A stretch of 36,995 bases of DNA. Source: Desulfobulbaceae bacterium. Lineage in GTDB: Bacteria > Desulfobacterota > Desulfobulbia > Desulfobulbales > Desulfocapsaceae. The stretch spans positions 1 to 36,995 of the forward strand of contig JANMTN010000326.1 in NCBI GenBank assembly GCA_031390685.1, read 5' to 3'. Shown here piece after piece: positions 25,888 to 33,411 of the stretch (positions are counted from its first letter, which is position 1; the number at the start of each line of letters is the position of its first letter). The position numbers and the translations under genes are program-made. The notes under the pieces were generated by a model, which was not told where the DNA came from, did no database searches, and saw only the letters and a list, made by a program, of their open reading frames with translations.

Positions 25888-27240
25888 ATGAGTATTAGAG
25901 AGGACGCGCGTAATGGTGTTGTCACCCCTTTGTTTGAAGCTTGCGCGCGCTATGAGTCTCTTCCCGTTGCACAATTGATGGCGGGTGTAGCGCTGGGAAC
26001 CATTGCCATAACCAAAAATCGGCATCATGATTTTGAAAAAATTATTGGAATAGGAAAAAATACTTATACCAAGGTCAATGCCAATATCGGTTCCTCCCGG
26101 GATATTGCCAGTCTTGAGGAAGAGCTGGAAAAATTGCGGGTGGCGGTCAAGGCCGGCGCCGATACGGTCATGGATCTCTCCATGGGCGGCGATCTGGATG
26201 CGGTACGCCGGGGAATTCTGGCAAACTGCCCAGTGCCGCTTGGCACCGTGCCGATTTATCAGGCCGTGGCCGAGGCGGTGGAACGGGATAAAAAAGAGAT
26301 TGTTGATGTGACCGTTGACCAGATGTTCAAGGTCATTGAAAAACAGGCAATGGATGGTGTAGATTTTATGACCATCCATTGCGGGATCAATCGTGATCTC
26401 CAGAAGCGATTGCATAAGCAGAAACGGGTCATGGGAGTTGTCAGCCGTGGTGGTTCCTTTACCCTGGAGTGGATGAGCCATCATAATAAGGAAAATCCCA
26501 TGTTTGAGTATTTTGATGATCTCCTGGCCATCCTCAAGGAGCATGAGGTTACCTTGAGCCTTGGTGATGGGATCCGTCCTGGCTGTCTGGCCGATGCCAC
26601 CGACCGCAATCAGGTCCAGGAACTGATCAACCTGGGTGAATTGACCGAACGGGCTTGGGATGCCGGGGTGCAGGTGATCATTGAGGGACCGGGCCACATG
26701 CCCATGGATCAGATCACCGCCAATGTCCTGCTCCAGAAAAAGATGTGTAAAGGCGCACCCTTTTATGTTCTGGGGCCTCTGGTGACAGATATCGCGCCTG
26801 GATATGATCATATTACCGGGGCTATCGGCGGGGCTATTGCGGCGGCAGCAGGCGCAGATTATCTTTGTTATGTGACCCCGGCTGAGCATCTGAAGCTGCC
26901 AAATGTCGAAGATGTGCATGAAGGGGTTATCGCCTCAAAGATTGCGGCCCACGCCGCAGATCTGGTGAAAGGAGTGCCTGGGGCCATGGAACGTGACCGG
27001 ATGATGGCCGAGCGACGGAATAAATTGGACTGGAAGGGACAGATAGAGTTGTCACTGGACCCTGAAAAGGCCGCCCGCTTTCGTCATGAAGGCGGGAGTG
27101 ACAAAACCCCAGCGTGCTCCATGTGCGGTTCCTATTGCGCCATCCAGGTGTTTAATCGCTCGCAGGTGAATTTGCAGGTAAGCGAGCTGGCGAGACTCCG
27201 GGACATCGAACAGGAAAAGGGGTGCAAATCAAATGAGTGA
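25888..27240 (+). CDS. thiC: Phosphomethylpyrimidine synthase ThiC (short anaerobe-type)
   Basis: 450 aa. GGAAGGAG RBS. KVNANIGSS, TIHCGI, GPLVTDIAPGYDHITGAIGGA, C-terminal Fe-S motif CSMCGSYC. Confidence 0.92.
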   Translation: MSIREDARNGVVTPLFEACARYESLPVAQLMAGVALGTIAITKNRHHDFEKIIGIGKNTYTKVNANIGSSRDIASLEEELEKLRVAVKAGADTVMDLSMGGDLDAVRRGILANCPVPLGTVPIYQAVAEAVERDKKEIVDVTVDQMFKVIEKQAMDGVDFMTIHCGINRDLQKRLHKQKRVMGVVSRGGSFTLEWMSHHNKENPMFEYFDDLLAILKEHEVTLSLGDGIRPGCLADATDRNQVQELINLGELTERAWDAGVQVIIEGPGHMPMDQITANVLLQKKMCKGAPFYVLGPLVTDIAPGYDHITGAIGGAIAAAAGADYLCYVTPAEHLKLPNVEDVHEGVIASKIAAHAADLVKGVPGAMERDRMMAERRNKLDWKGQIELSLDPEKAARFRHEGGSDKTPACSMCGSYCAIQVFNRSQVNLQVSELARLRDIEQEKGCKSNE

Positions 27241-27565
27241 TTTCTTTAACGGCTTTCTGGCCTGGTTTGAATCCACCCACATCCAGCAACAGATCATGGA
27301 TGTGGATTATGCGGGACTGTTTACCAATCCCTGGTTTCTGGTTCCTTTTGTCGCACTGGTTGTTTATCTTTTGTATAAGCAGGCATTTCGGGATCTGATC
27401 ATAGTCTTTATTTTTGTTGCGGTATGGTGGGTCGGTGGCACTGACTACATGCATACTCTGACCGTGGATGGCATACTGCAGTTGGACAAGGTACTGCCAG
27501 TGGTCTTTGGCGGCTTCGCTGTCCTGGCACTGGTCCTTTATATGTTGTTTGGCCGCTCAGATTAG
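27233..27565 (+). CDS. Small integral membrane protein, unknown function
   Basis: 110 aa with three predicted TM helices. 8-nt overlap with the thiC 3' end. I recognise no family. Confidence 0.5.
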   Translation: MSDFFNGFLAWFESTHIQQQIMDVDYAGLFTNPWFLVPFVALVVYLLYKQAFRDLIIVFIFVAVWWVGGTDYMHTLTVDGILQLDKVLPVVFGGFAVLALVLYMLFGRSD

Positions 27566-27692
27566 GAACCGTTACGAAAGAACCATTCCATTCCTGACCA
27601 TTTCGTCACAGCTCCCTACGCAGGACAGAGATGCCTCCCTGTCGCGAGCGACAGGGAGGCCCCGACGAAAGAGCGGCTGTTGTTTTTGCTAT
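27562..27692 (+). repeat. Intergenic repeat family, copy A (contains a perfect 12-bp hairpin at 27633-27660)
   Basis: TTAGGAACCGTTACGAAAGAACCATTCCATTCCTGAC...GCTCCCTACGCAGG...GCCTCCCTGTCG-cgag-CGACAGGGAGGC...CCCCGACGAAAGAGCGGCTG...TTGCTAT. It aligns with the reverse complement of 28875-28999 and with 1464-1576. Confidence 0.7.
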
Positions 27693-27769
27693 CGAAGTGT
27701 AACAGTTATTTTACATGGCCAGATTCAACCTGGGTCAAATTGACCATTCTCTCTTTATCGGGAGGCAAG

Positions 27770-28843
27770 ATGCAATTTCGCAACGGTATTTTTATCATTA
27801 CAGAAGAACGACGTTGCCCACTATATAGTGTGGGAGAGGATATCTACGTCGATGGAGGGATAATGTGCCTACCGGCGGGCAAGTCAACCTGCCTGATTCT
27901 GGCACAAGATATTACCAATGTGGTCTCTGAAGAAGAGTCCTATGAGCATTTTCTTCAAGGAACAAAAAAGAAGTCGAGGTTTGAATGTAGTGGCTGTAGT
28001 GGACATATTGGTTTTGAATTTAAGCAGGAAAAAGAATTTGGCACAGTCCATATGAAGTTGCTGGCAGCAACCGGACGGCAAGAAAAGTTAAAAAATATAT
28101 CGCAGTTTGTCGGCCTGTTGCGGGGAATTCAAATTTTCCAGCCACTTAGCGATGAGGACTTGCTTGATCTGGCATCTCTGCTGCAAATAGAGAAATGCCC
28201 CTGGGGTTTCCCGATTCTGCAGAAAGGTGATGTGGGTGATCATCTCTATATCGTTCTTTCCGGACGGGTAGAGGTCATGGATGAAGAGGGGGTAACTCTG
28301 GGTGAAATGGGAGCGGGTGCGGTTTTTGGGGAAATGAGCCTGCTCTCCGGTGAAACCGTGACCACAACAATTATGGCTGCGGAGCCCACGGAGCTTGCGA
28401 CCATGAGCAAGAAAAACTTTCGCCATATGCAGGTGCGATTTCCCGCCTTGCAGATCTTTTTCTATAAGTTACTGGTCAACAGGATTACGACGATCAATCA
28501 ACAGCGGGCGGAAGAGTTTTCCTCCGGCATGGTTGGACAACTTGCCGATATTCCCCCGATTGAGTTATTACAGATGATCAACTCAAATCAGAAAACTGGT
28601 TCTTTGAAGATAGAGGCAGGCAAAAGCAAGGGGCGGTTACTGTTTAATGAAGGCGAGCTGGTCTATGCCATTTTTAATGGCAAGGATGCCCAGGAGGCGT
28701 TCTATGCGGTGCTTGCCCTCAAAAATGGCCGCTTCAAGTTTGTGCAAGGGCTGTCTCCTAGGGAAATGCGGCATAAGGTTGTTGGTGGTTTCATGGGAAT
28801 GTTGATGGAAGGAATGAAACGGCTGGATGATCAGGAGGAATAA
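27770..28843 (+). CDS. Cyclic-nucleotide-binding domain protein with Cys-containing N-terminal domain and C-terminal DUF4388/PATAN-like domain
   Basis: 357 aa from ATG 27770 (GGGAGG RBS at 27760-27765). cNMP-binding core GDHLYIVLSGRVEV...FGEMSLLSGE..TTTIMA. C-terminal LADIPPIELLQMINSNQKTGSLKIE...GRLLFNEGELVYA matches my recollection of DUF4388. Confidence 0.7.
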   Translation: MQFRNGIFIITEERRCPLYSVGEDIYVDGGIMCLPAGKSTCLILAQDITNVVSEEESYEHFLQGTKKKSRFECSGCSGHIGFEFKQEKEFGTVHMKLLAATGRQEKLKNISQFVGLLRGIQIFQPLSDEDLLDLASLLQIEKCPWGFPILQKGDVGDHLYIVLSGRVEVMDEEGVTLGEMGAGAVFGEMSLLSGETVTTTIMAAEPTELATMSKKNFRHMQVRFPALQIFFYKLLVNRITTINQQRAEEFSSGMVGQLADIPPIELLQMINSNQKTGSLKIEAGKSKGRLLFNEGELVYAIFNGKDAQEAFYAVLALKNGRFKFVQGLSPREMRHKVVGGFMGMLMEGMKRLDDQEE

Positions 28844-28874
28844 GCCGTCAGGATAAAATAACTGCTGCATTTTT

Positions 28875-28999
28875 TATAGCAAGACCGGCAGTCGCTCTCC
28901 CGCCGGGGCGATATCCCTGTCGCGAGCTGACACTGGAGCATACGTGCTCTGCGTAAGGAGCGTCAGAAATGGAATGGTTCTTTTGTCACGGCTCCTAAG
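28875..28999 (-). repeat. Intergenic repeat family, copy B (inverted relative to copy A)
   Basis: The reverse complement reads CTTAGGAGCCGTGACAAAAGAACCATTCCATTTCTGAC-GCTCCTTACGCAGAGC...CAGCTCGCGACAGGGA..GCCCCGGCGGGAGAGCGACTG...TTGCTAT. It is co-linear with copy A but lacks a 12-nt segment. Confidence 0.7.
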
Positions 29000-29032
29000 C
29001 ACCACGCAGCATCTGGCTCCTCATCAACCCCC

Positions 29033-29530
29033 TTAATACAGAATTTTCTGCTCCAGATCCAACCAGAGCCTGAGTCCGTCCCTGGCTTCCTGAGGCATGA
29101 GTTGTTGCATCTGTAAGCTCCTGCTGTCTTTGTCCAGAGCCAGCTCTGTATAAATAAAGGCATCAGCAAAACCGATAGCGGCGGCGTCGTTGTGATCCGC
29201 ACCGTACACAATCCGCTTCAGTCTGGCCCAATAAGCAGCCGCCAGACACATGGGGCAAGGCTCACAGTTGACAAAGAGCTCATAACCTGTCAAATCAAAG
29301 GTTTGCAGGGCAGCGCAGGCGTTACGGATACAGACTATTTCAGCATGGGCTGTGGGGTCGCTGCTGGAGGTGACCCGGTTCCAGCCTTGAGCGACAACAA
29401 CACCGTCCAGTGCAATGATCGCGCCAAAAGGACCGCCTGCACCAGCCAGCATTTTCTCTCTTGCCAGGTGGATTACCGCTCTCATTAATTCCTTGTCTGT
29501 CATTTTTTCTGGCTCCCGCGTCGTTGCCAT
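29033..29530 (-). CDS. CMP/dCMP-type zinc deaminase, GuaD-like (guanine deaminase)
   Basis: 165 aa. GGPFGAIIA..., DPTAHAEIVCIR and CEPCPMCLAAAYWARLKRIVYGA closely parallel B. subtilis GuaD. The start could instead be ATG 29503. Confidence 0.75.
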   Translation of the reverse strand: MATTREPEKMTDKELMRAVIHLAREKMLAGAGGPFGAIIALDGVVVAQGWNRVTSSSDPTAHAEIVCIRNACAALQTFDLTGYELFVNCEPCPMCLAAAYWARLKRIVYGADHNDAAAIGFADAFIYTELALDKDSRSLQMQQLMPQEARDGLRLWLDLEQKILY

Positions 29531-29544
29531 TGCCTGAATTGGTA

Positions 29545-29562
29545 TTATTTTCTGATAAATAA
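29545..29562. promoter_or_regulatory. Inverted repeat TTATTT-N6-AAATAA upstream of ferritin (candidate Fur/PerR-type operator)
   Basis: Perfect 6-bp arms in an AT-rich context (GTATTATTTTCTGATAAATAAG), ~70 nt upstream of the ferritin ATG. The match to a Fur box is loose. Confidence 0.25.
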
Positions 29563-29630
29563 GTTAAATCGCCCTCAAGTAAAAAGAAGGAACAACCAGA
29601 AACTATCATAGTTTTCAAGGAGACCACGCA

Positions 29631-30137
29631 ATGAAAAAAGAAATGGAAAAAGCTTTTAACGAGCATGTTAACGCTGAACTGTACTCCAGTTATCTCTATC
29701 TGGCCATGGAATCCTATTTTCAGTCAATCAGTCTGTCCGGTTTTGCCACCTGGATGCGTGCTCAGGTTCAGGAGGAGCTGTTTCATGGGATAAAGATGTA
29801 TGATTATATCCACGCGCGTGGAGGAAAGGCAAGGCTTGAGGCCATTGCCAAGCCGGAAGAAAAGTGGGAGACTCCCCTTGCTGTCTTTGAACAGATCCTG
29901 GCCCATGAGCAGCATGTAACCGGATTGATCAATAATCTCATTGATGTGGCCCTTGATGTCCGGGATCATGCCGCCAAGGTCTTTCTGGACTGGTTTATCA
30001 CGGAGCAGGTCGAGGAAGAGGCAACAGCGGGGCAGATTGTTGATCGCCTGCGTCTCATCGGCAAGGACACCAGCGGCCTGTTTCTCCTCGATACCGAGCT
30101 TGCCAAGCGGGTATTTGTCATGCCGGTCAAGCAATAA
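29631..30137 (+). CDS. ftn: Non-haem bacterial ferritin
   Basis: 168 aa. AAGGAGA RBS. NEHVNAELYSSYLYLAME...QEELFHGIKMYDYI...HEQHVT carry the ferroxidase-centre Glu/His pattern. Confidence 0.88.
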   Translation: MKKEMEKAFNEHVNAELYSSYLYLAMESYFQSISLSGFATWMRAQVQEELFHGIKMYDYIHARGGKARLEAIAKPEEKWETPLAVFEQILAHEQHVTGLINNLIDVALDVRDHAAKVFLDWFITEQVEEEATAGQIVDRLRLIGKDTSGLFLLDTELAKRVFVMPVKQ

Positions 30138-30146
30138 CACGTTTTA

Positions 30147-30884
30147 ATGAGCAGCAGAAAAATCAAACTGGAGGTACTTGCCCTTCTGGCCTCTGCAGAT
30201 CTTGATCATATCTTTCGTGAAATAGAACAGTATGCGGAAAAAGATCTGATAAGTCCTCTTTTTTCCGCCTTGTCTCGTCCTGAAGAGATGGTGCGCTGGC
30301 ATGCCATTAGCGTCTTTGGTCAAGTCGTGCCACGTCTGGCTGATCAGGATATGGAGGCCGCCAGGATTGTCATGCGGCGTTTCCTCTGGAGTCTCAATGA
30401 CGAATCTGGAGGAATTGGCTGGGGGTCGCCTGAAGCGATGGCCGAGATCATGCTTCATCATGATCGTTTGACAGACGAATATCTCCATATGCTTCTGTCC
30501 TATCTGCGACCCGATGGGCCTCTTGCACATCAGGATGGAAATTTCCTGGAACTGCCATCGTTGCAATGTGGCCTGCTTTGGGGGATTGGCCGACTGGCAG
30601 AACGGAGGACGGCAATGCTGCTTTCGCGTGGCGTGGTTGCCGATCTGCTCCCATATCTGCAATCAGAAGACGGGGGCGTGCGTGGCCTGGCGGTGTGGTC
30701 GCTCGGAGTCTTGCTTTCAGCTTGCTTACCTGATCACCTGCGAGCCGTTGTTGACCAAGACACATTGCTGCCACTGGCAGCAGATACCGGTCAGGTTCGA
30801 CTGTACCAGCAGGGACAAGTACAGGTCTTTTCCGTGGCCGATCTTATCGAAAATACCCTGCTCCGGATAACTACTCCCATGTAA
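30147..30884 (+). CDS. HEAT-like repeat protein, unknown function (resembles the family named DVU0298 in annotations)
   Basis: 245 aa, all-helical, Leu/Ala-rich with repeated VRW.A...LG motifs. It starts 10 nt after ferritin. The family name is from memory and is not verified. Confidence 0.5.
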   Translation: MSSRKIKLEVLALLASADLDHIFREIEQYAEKDLISPLFSALSRPEEMVRWHAISVFGQVVPRLADQDMEAARIVMRRFLWSLNDESGGIGWGSPEAMAEIMLHHDRLTDEYLHMLLSYLRPDGPLAHQDGNFLELPSLQCGLLWGIGRLAERRTAMLLSRGVVADLLPYLQSEDGGVRGLAVWSLGVLLSACLPDHLRAVVDQDTLLPLAADTGQVRLYQQGQVQVFSVADLIENTLLRITTPM

Positions 30885-30901
30885 TTCTTGAGGACCCTCC
30901 T

Positions 30902-32173
30902 TTGCTTTCTGAATCCCCCTCTTTTCTGACTGCAGGTTTTTTCCAGTCCGCAATCGTTCCTGCCGCCCCAGCTGTCAACCTTGACCGGCTGCGGGCCGCA
31001 TTGCAGAGAACTCCACCACCTCCCGGAACGATCCTGGTTTTGCCTGAACTGTGGGCAACCGGCTTCGTTTATAAACAACTGGGCGAACTCAGCCGGAAAA
31101 CCCCTTGGCTTCTTGAGCAATTGAGTGAGCTTGCAGCCCTGCATCATATTGTCCTTGCGGGAACCCTGGTGGAAAGGGTTGACGATGAGCGGGACGTTCT
31201 GCTTTATAATACCCTGTTTTTCAGTGGCAGTAATGGACTGCAAGGCAAGATACGCAAACAGCACCTTTTTTCATTTTGGCGCGAAGATGAATGGCTAACC
31301 CCTGGAGATTCACCGCGACCGGTGACGACGGCATCGGGACTCGTGGGCGGACTGGTTTGTTATGACCTGCGTTTTCCAGAAACAGCCAAAGTTCAATGTC
31401 AGCAGGGCGCGAGTCTTCTGGTTGTCTCTGCGCAATGGCCTTTGGCGCGGATTGAGCAGTGGCGCACCCTGCTCCAGGCGCGGGCCATAGAGAATCAGAC
31501 CTTTGTTATTGCCGGCAACGGGTGCGGCATAAGCAATGACCTTAAGCTAGGCGGCCATTCCCTGATCATTGACCCGAGTGGGGAAATTCTTCTGGAAGCA
31601 GGGGAAGAAGAGCAGTTGGCTGTGATCTCCCTTGACCCCCAGAGACAACAGCAAGTACGAGAACGTTTTAACACCGTGGCCCCGACCTGGTATCCTTTTG
31701 ATGATCAGGAAAAGATCGTCTCGCTTGCCGAGTGTACTCGTATTGTGGGGCTGAGGAAAAAGCAGGGACAGCGGATTGTCTTCACCAATGGCTGTTTTGA
31801 TATCCTGCATGCGGGGCATGTGGAGTATCTGCAGCAGGCCAGGAAGCAGGGTGATTTTCTGGTGGTTGGTGTAAACAGTGATCGGTCTGTTCGTTCAATC
31901 AAGGGTGAGAATCGCCCGATCAATGAGGAGTCCCGTCGGGCGCGGGTTTTGGCGGCGCTGGGCTGCGTGGATGCCGTTGTCCTGTTTAACGATGACACCC
32001 CGCTCCACCTGATCACTGCTCTTCTGCCCCAGATCATGGTGAAAGGAGCAGACTGGCAAGAGGACGCCATCGTCGGCGCCAGAGAGGTAAAGGCCAATGG
32101 CGGCAAAGTGGTGAGAATTCCATTCACAACAGAAACCTCCACCACCAGAATCATTGCCAGAATCCGGGAATAG
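30902..32173 (+). CDS. Fusion protein: C-N hydrolase (YafV/omega-amidase-like) + D-beta-D-heptose-1-phosphate adenylyltransferase (HldE domain II / HldC)
   Basis: 423 aa. TTG start with GAGGA RBS 7 nt upstream. N-terminal domain has Glu-Lys-Cys triad contexts VLPELW, RKQHLF and VCYDLRFPE. C-terminal domain has FTNGCFDILHAGHVEYL, NSDRSVRSIKGENRPIN and VKGADW, which closely parallel the E. coli HldE C-terminal domain. Confidence 0.8.
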   Translation: MLSESPSFLTAGFFQSAIVPAAPAVNLDRLRAALQRTPPPPGTILVLPELWATGFVYKQLGELSRKTPWLLEQLSELAALHHIVLAGTLVERVDDERDVLLYNTLFFSGSNGLQGKIRKQHLFSFWREDEWLTPGDSPRPVTTASGLVGGLVCYDLRFPETAKVQCQQGASLLVVSAQWPLARIEQWRTLLQARAIENQTFVIAGNGCGISNDLKLGGHSLIIDPSGEILLEAGEEEQLAVISLDPQRQQQVRERFNTVAPTWYPFDDQEKIVSLAECTRIVGLRKKQGQRIVFTNGCFDILHAGHVEYLQQARKQGDFLVVGVNSDRSVRSIKGENRPINEESRRARVLAALGCVDAVVLFNDDTPLHLITALLPQIMVKGADWQEDAIVGAREVKANGGKVVRIPFTTETSTTRIIARIRE

Positions 32174-32195
32174 GATAAACTTCCCCTCTCCCCGG

Positions 32196-32269
32196 AGCCA
32201 GTTGGCAACTATTGAGCACAGCTATTTATTCTCCGAGGTAGAAGCGGCTGGCCAACTGGCTTCAGCCGC
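32196..32269. terminator. Overlapping inverted repeats between the convergent fusion gene and recA (probable terminator region)
   Basis: AGCCAGTTGGC (32196-32206) pairs with GCCAACTGGCT (32251-32261). GCGGCTG (32244-32250) pairs with CAGCCGC (32263-32269), with the second arm of the first pair in its loop. There are no strong U-runs. Confidence 0.35.
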
Positions 32270-32295
32270 GATTCTACAACTCTAACGTGAGCGGA

Positions 32296-33342
32296 TTATT
32301 GCTGTTCCTGTCCTTCTGGTTTCTGGATAGTTTCAGCGGGCAAGCCATAACCCATTCGCACTTTCTTGTCGATATCGGCAAACATCTCCGGGTGATCGGC
32401 AAGGAATTTCTTGGCATTTTCCCGGCCCTGGCCAATCCGCTCATCCTGATAAGAGTACCAGGAACCGCTTTTATTGACAATTTCCTCTTCAACTGCCAGG
32501 TCGAGGAGATCTCCGGTCTTGGAGATCCCTTCGCCATAGATAATATCAAATTCCGCGGTCTTGAAGGGAGGGGCAACCTTGTTCTTCACCACTTTTACTC
32601 TGGTGCGATTGCCAATGACGTTATCCGTCCCTTCTTTGATAGTGGCAATTTTTCTGATATCAAGACGCAGAGTAGAATAGAATTTCAGCGCGTTACCACC
32701 GGTGGTGGTCTCCGGGTTGCCGAACATGACTCCTATTTTCATCCTGATCTGATTGATAAAGATAAGAATAGTGTTGCTGCGACTGATCACCGCGGTAAAT
32801 TTGCGCATGGCCTGGGACATGAGCCGCGCCTGCAGCCCCATATGTGAATCACCCACATTCCCGTCAATTTCGGCCTTGGGTACCAGGGCGGCCACTGAAT
32901 CAATGACAATCACATCAATACCGCCGGAGCGGATCAGGATCTCGGCGATTTCCAGGGCCTGCTCCCCAAAATCCGGCTGGGAGACCAGCAGGTTGTCAAT
33001 ATCCACTCCCAGACGGCCAGCATAAGCAGTGTCAAGCGCATGCTCCGCATCAATAAAGGCGGCGCTTCCCCCACGCTTCTGGGCCTCGGCGACAACATGC
33101 AGGGCCAGGGTCGTTTTACCGGAAGATTCAGGCCCATAGATCTCCGAGATTCTTCCTTTGGGAAAACCACCAACCCCAAGGGCTATATCCAGACTCAGAA
33201 CTCCGGTGGGGATCACCGGAATAGGTTCGGTCACATGGGTGCCAAGCCGCATGATAGAACCCTTGCCAAATTGACGTTGAATCTGGCTGATGGCGTTATC
33301 AACGCTGTCTGCTTTGTTTTTTGCAATATCTGGTGCCGCCAT
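32296..33342 (-). CDS. recA: Recombinase RecA
   Basis: 348 aa from ATG 33342 (GGGAGA RBS; the ORF track begins at TTG 33381). [10 protein letters not shown], Walker [41 protein letters not shown]. Confidence 0.95.
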   Translation of the reverse strand: MAAPDIAKNKADSVDNAISQIQRQFGKGSIMRLGTHVTEPIPVIPTGVLSLDIALGVGGFPKGRISEIYGPESSGKTTLALHVVAEAQKRGGSAAFIDAEHALDTAYAGRLGVDIDNLLVSQPDFGEQALEIAEILIRSGGIDVIVIDSVAALVPKAEIDGNVGDSHMGLQARLMSQAMRKFTAVISRSNTILIFINQIRMKIGVMFGNPETTTGGNALKFYSTLRLDIRKIATIKEGTDNVIGNRTRVKVVKNKVAPPFKTAEFDIIYGEGISKTGDLLDLAVEEEIVNKSGSWYSYQDERIGQGRENAKKFLADHPEMFADIDKKVRMGYGLPAETIQKPEGQEQQ

Positions 33343-33411
33343 GAAGATTCTCCCTGGAGTCTGTTTATTAGAAGTGGACAAAGGACATAAGAGTAAATGG
33401 ATTTTTTTTAG

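Noticed and set aside
25669-26919. 416-aa ORF antisense to thiC
   Set aside because: It overlaps almost the whole of a highly conserved, motif-rich thiC frame on the opposite strand. The translation is His/Gly/Ile-rich with no recognisable domain, RBS or partner genes. It is best explained as a shadow ORF caused by thiC codon usage.
27562-28999. Inverted repeat pair interpreted as a composite transposon or IS
   Set aside because: No transposase or integrase lies between or near the repeats. The enclosed ORF is a signalling protein. The repeats look like non-autonomous REP/MITE-like or RNA-structure elements.
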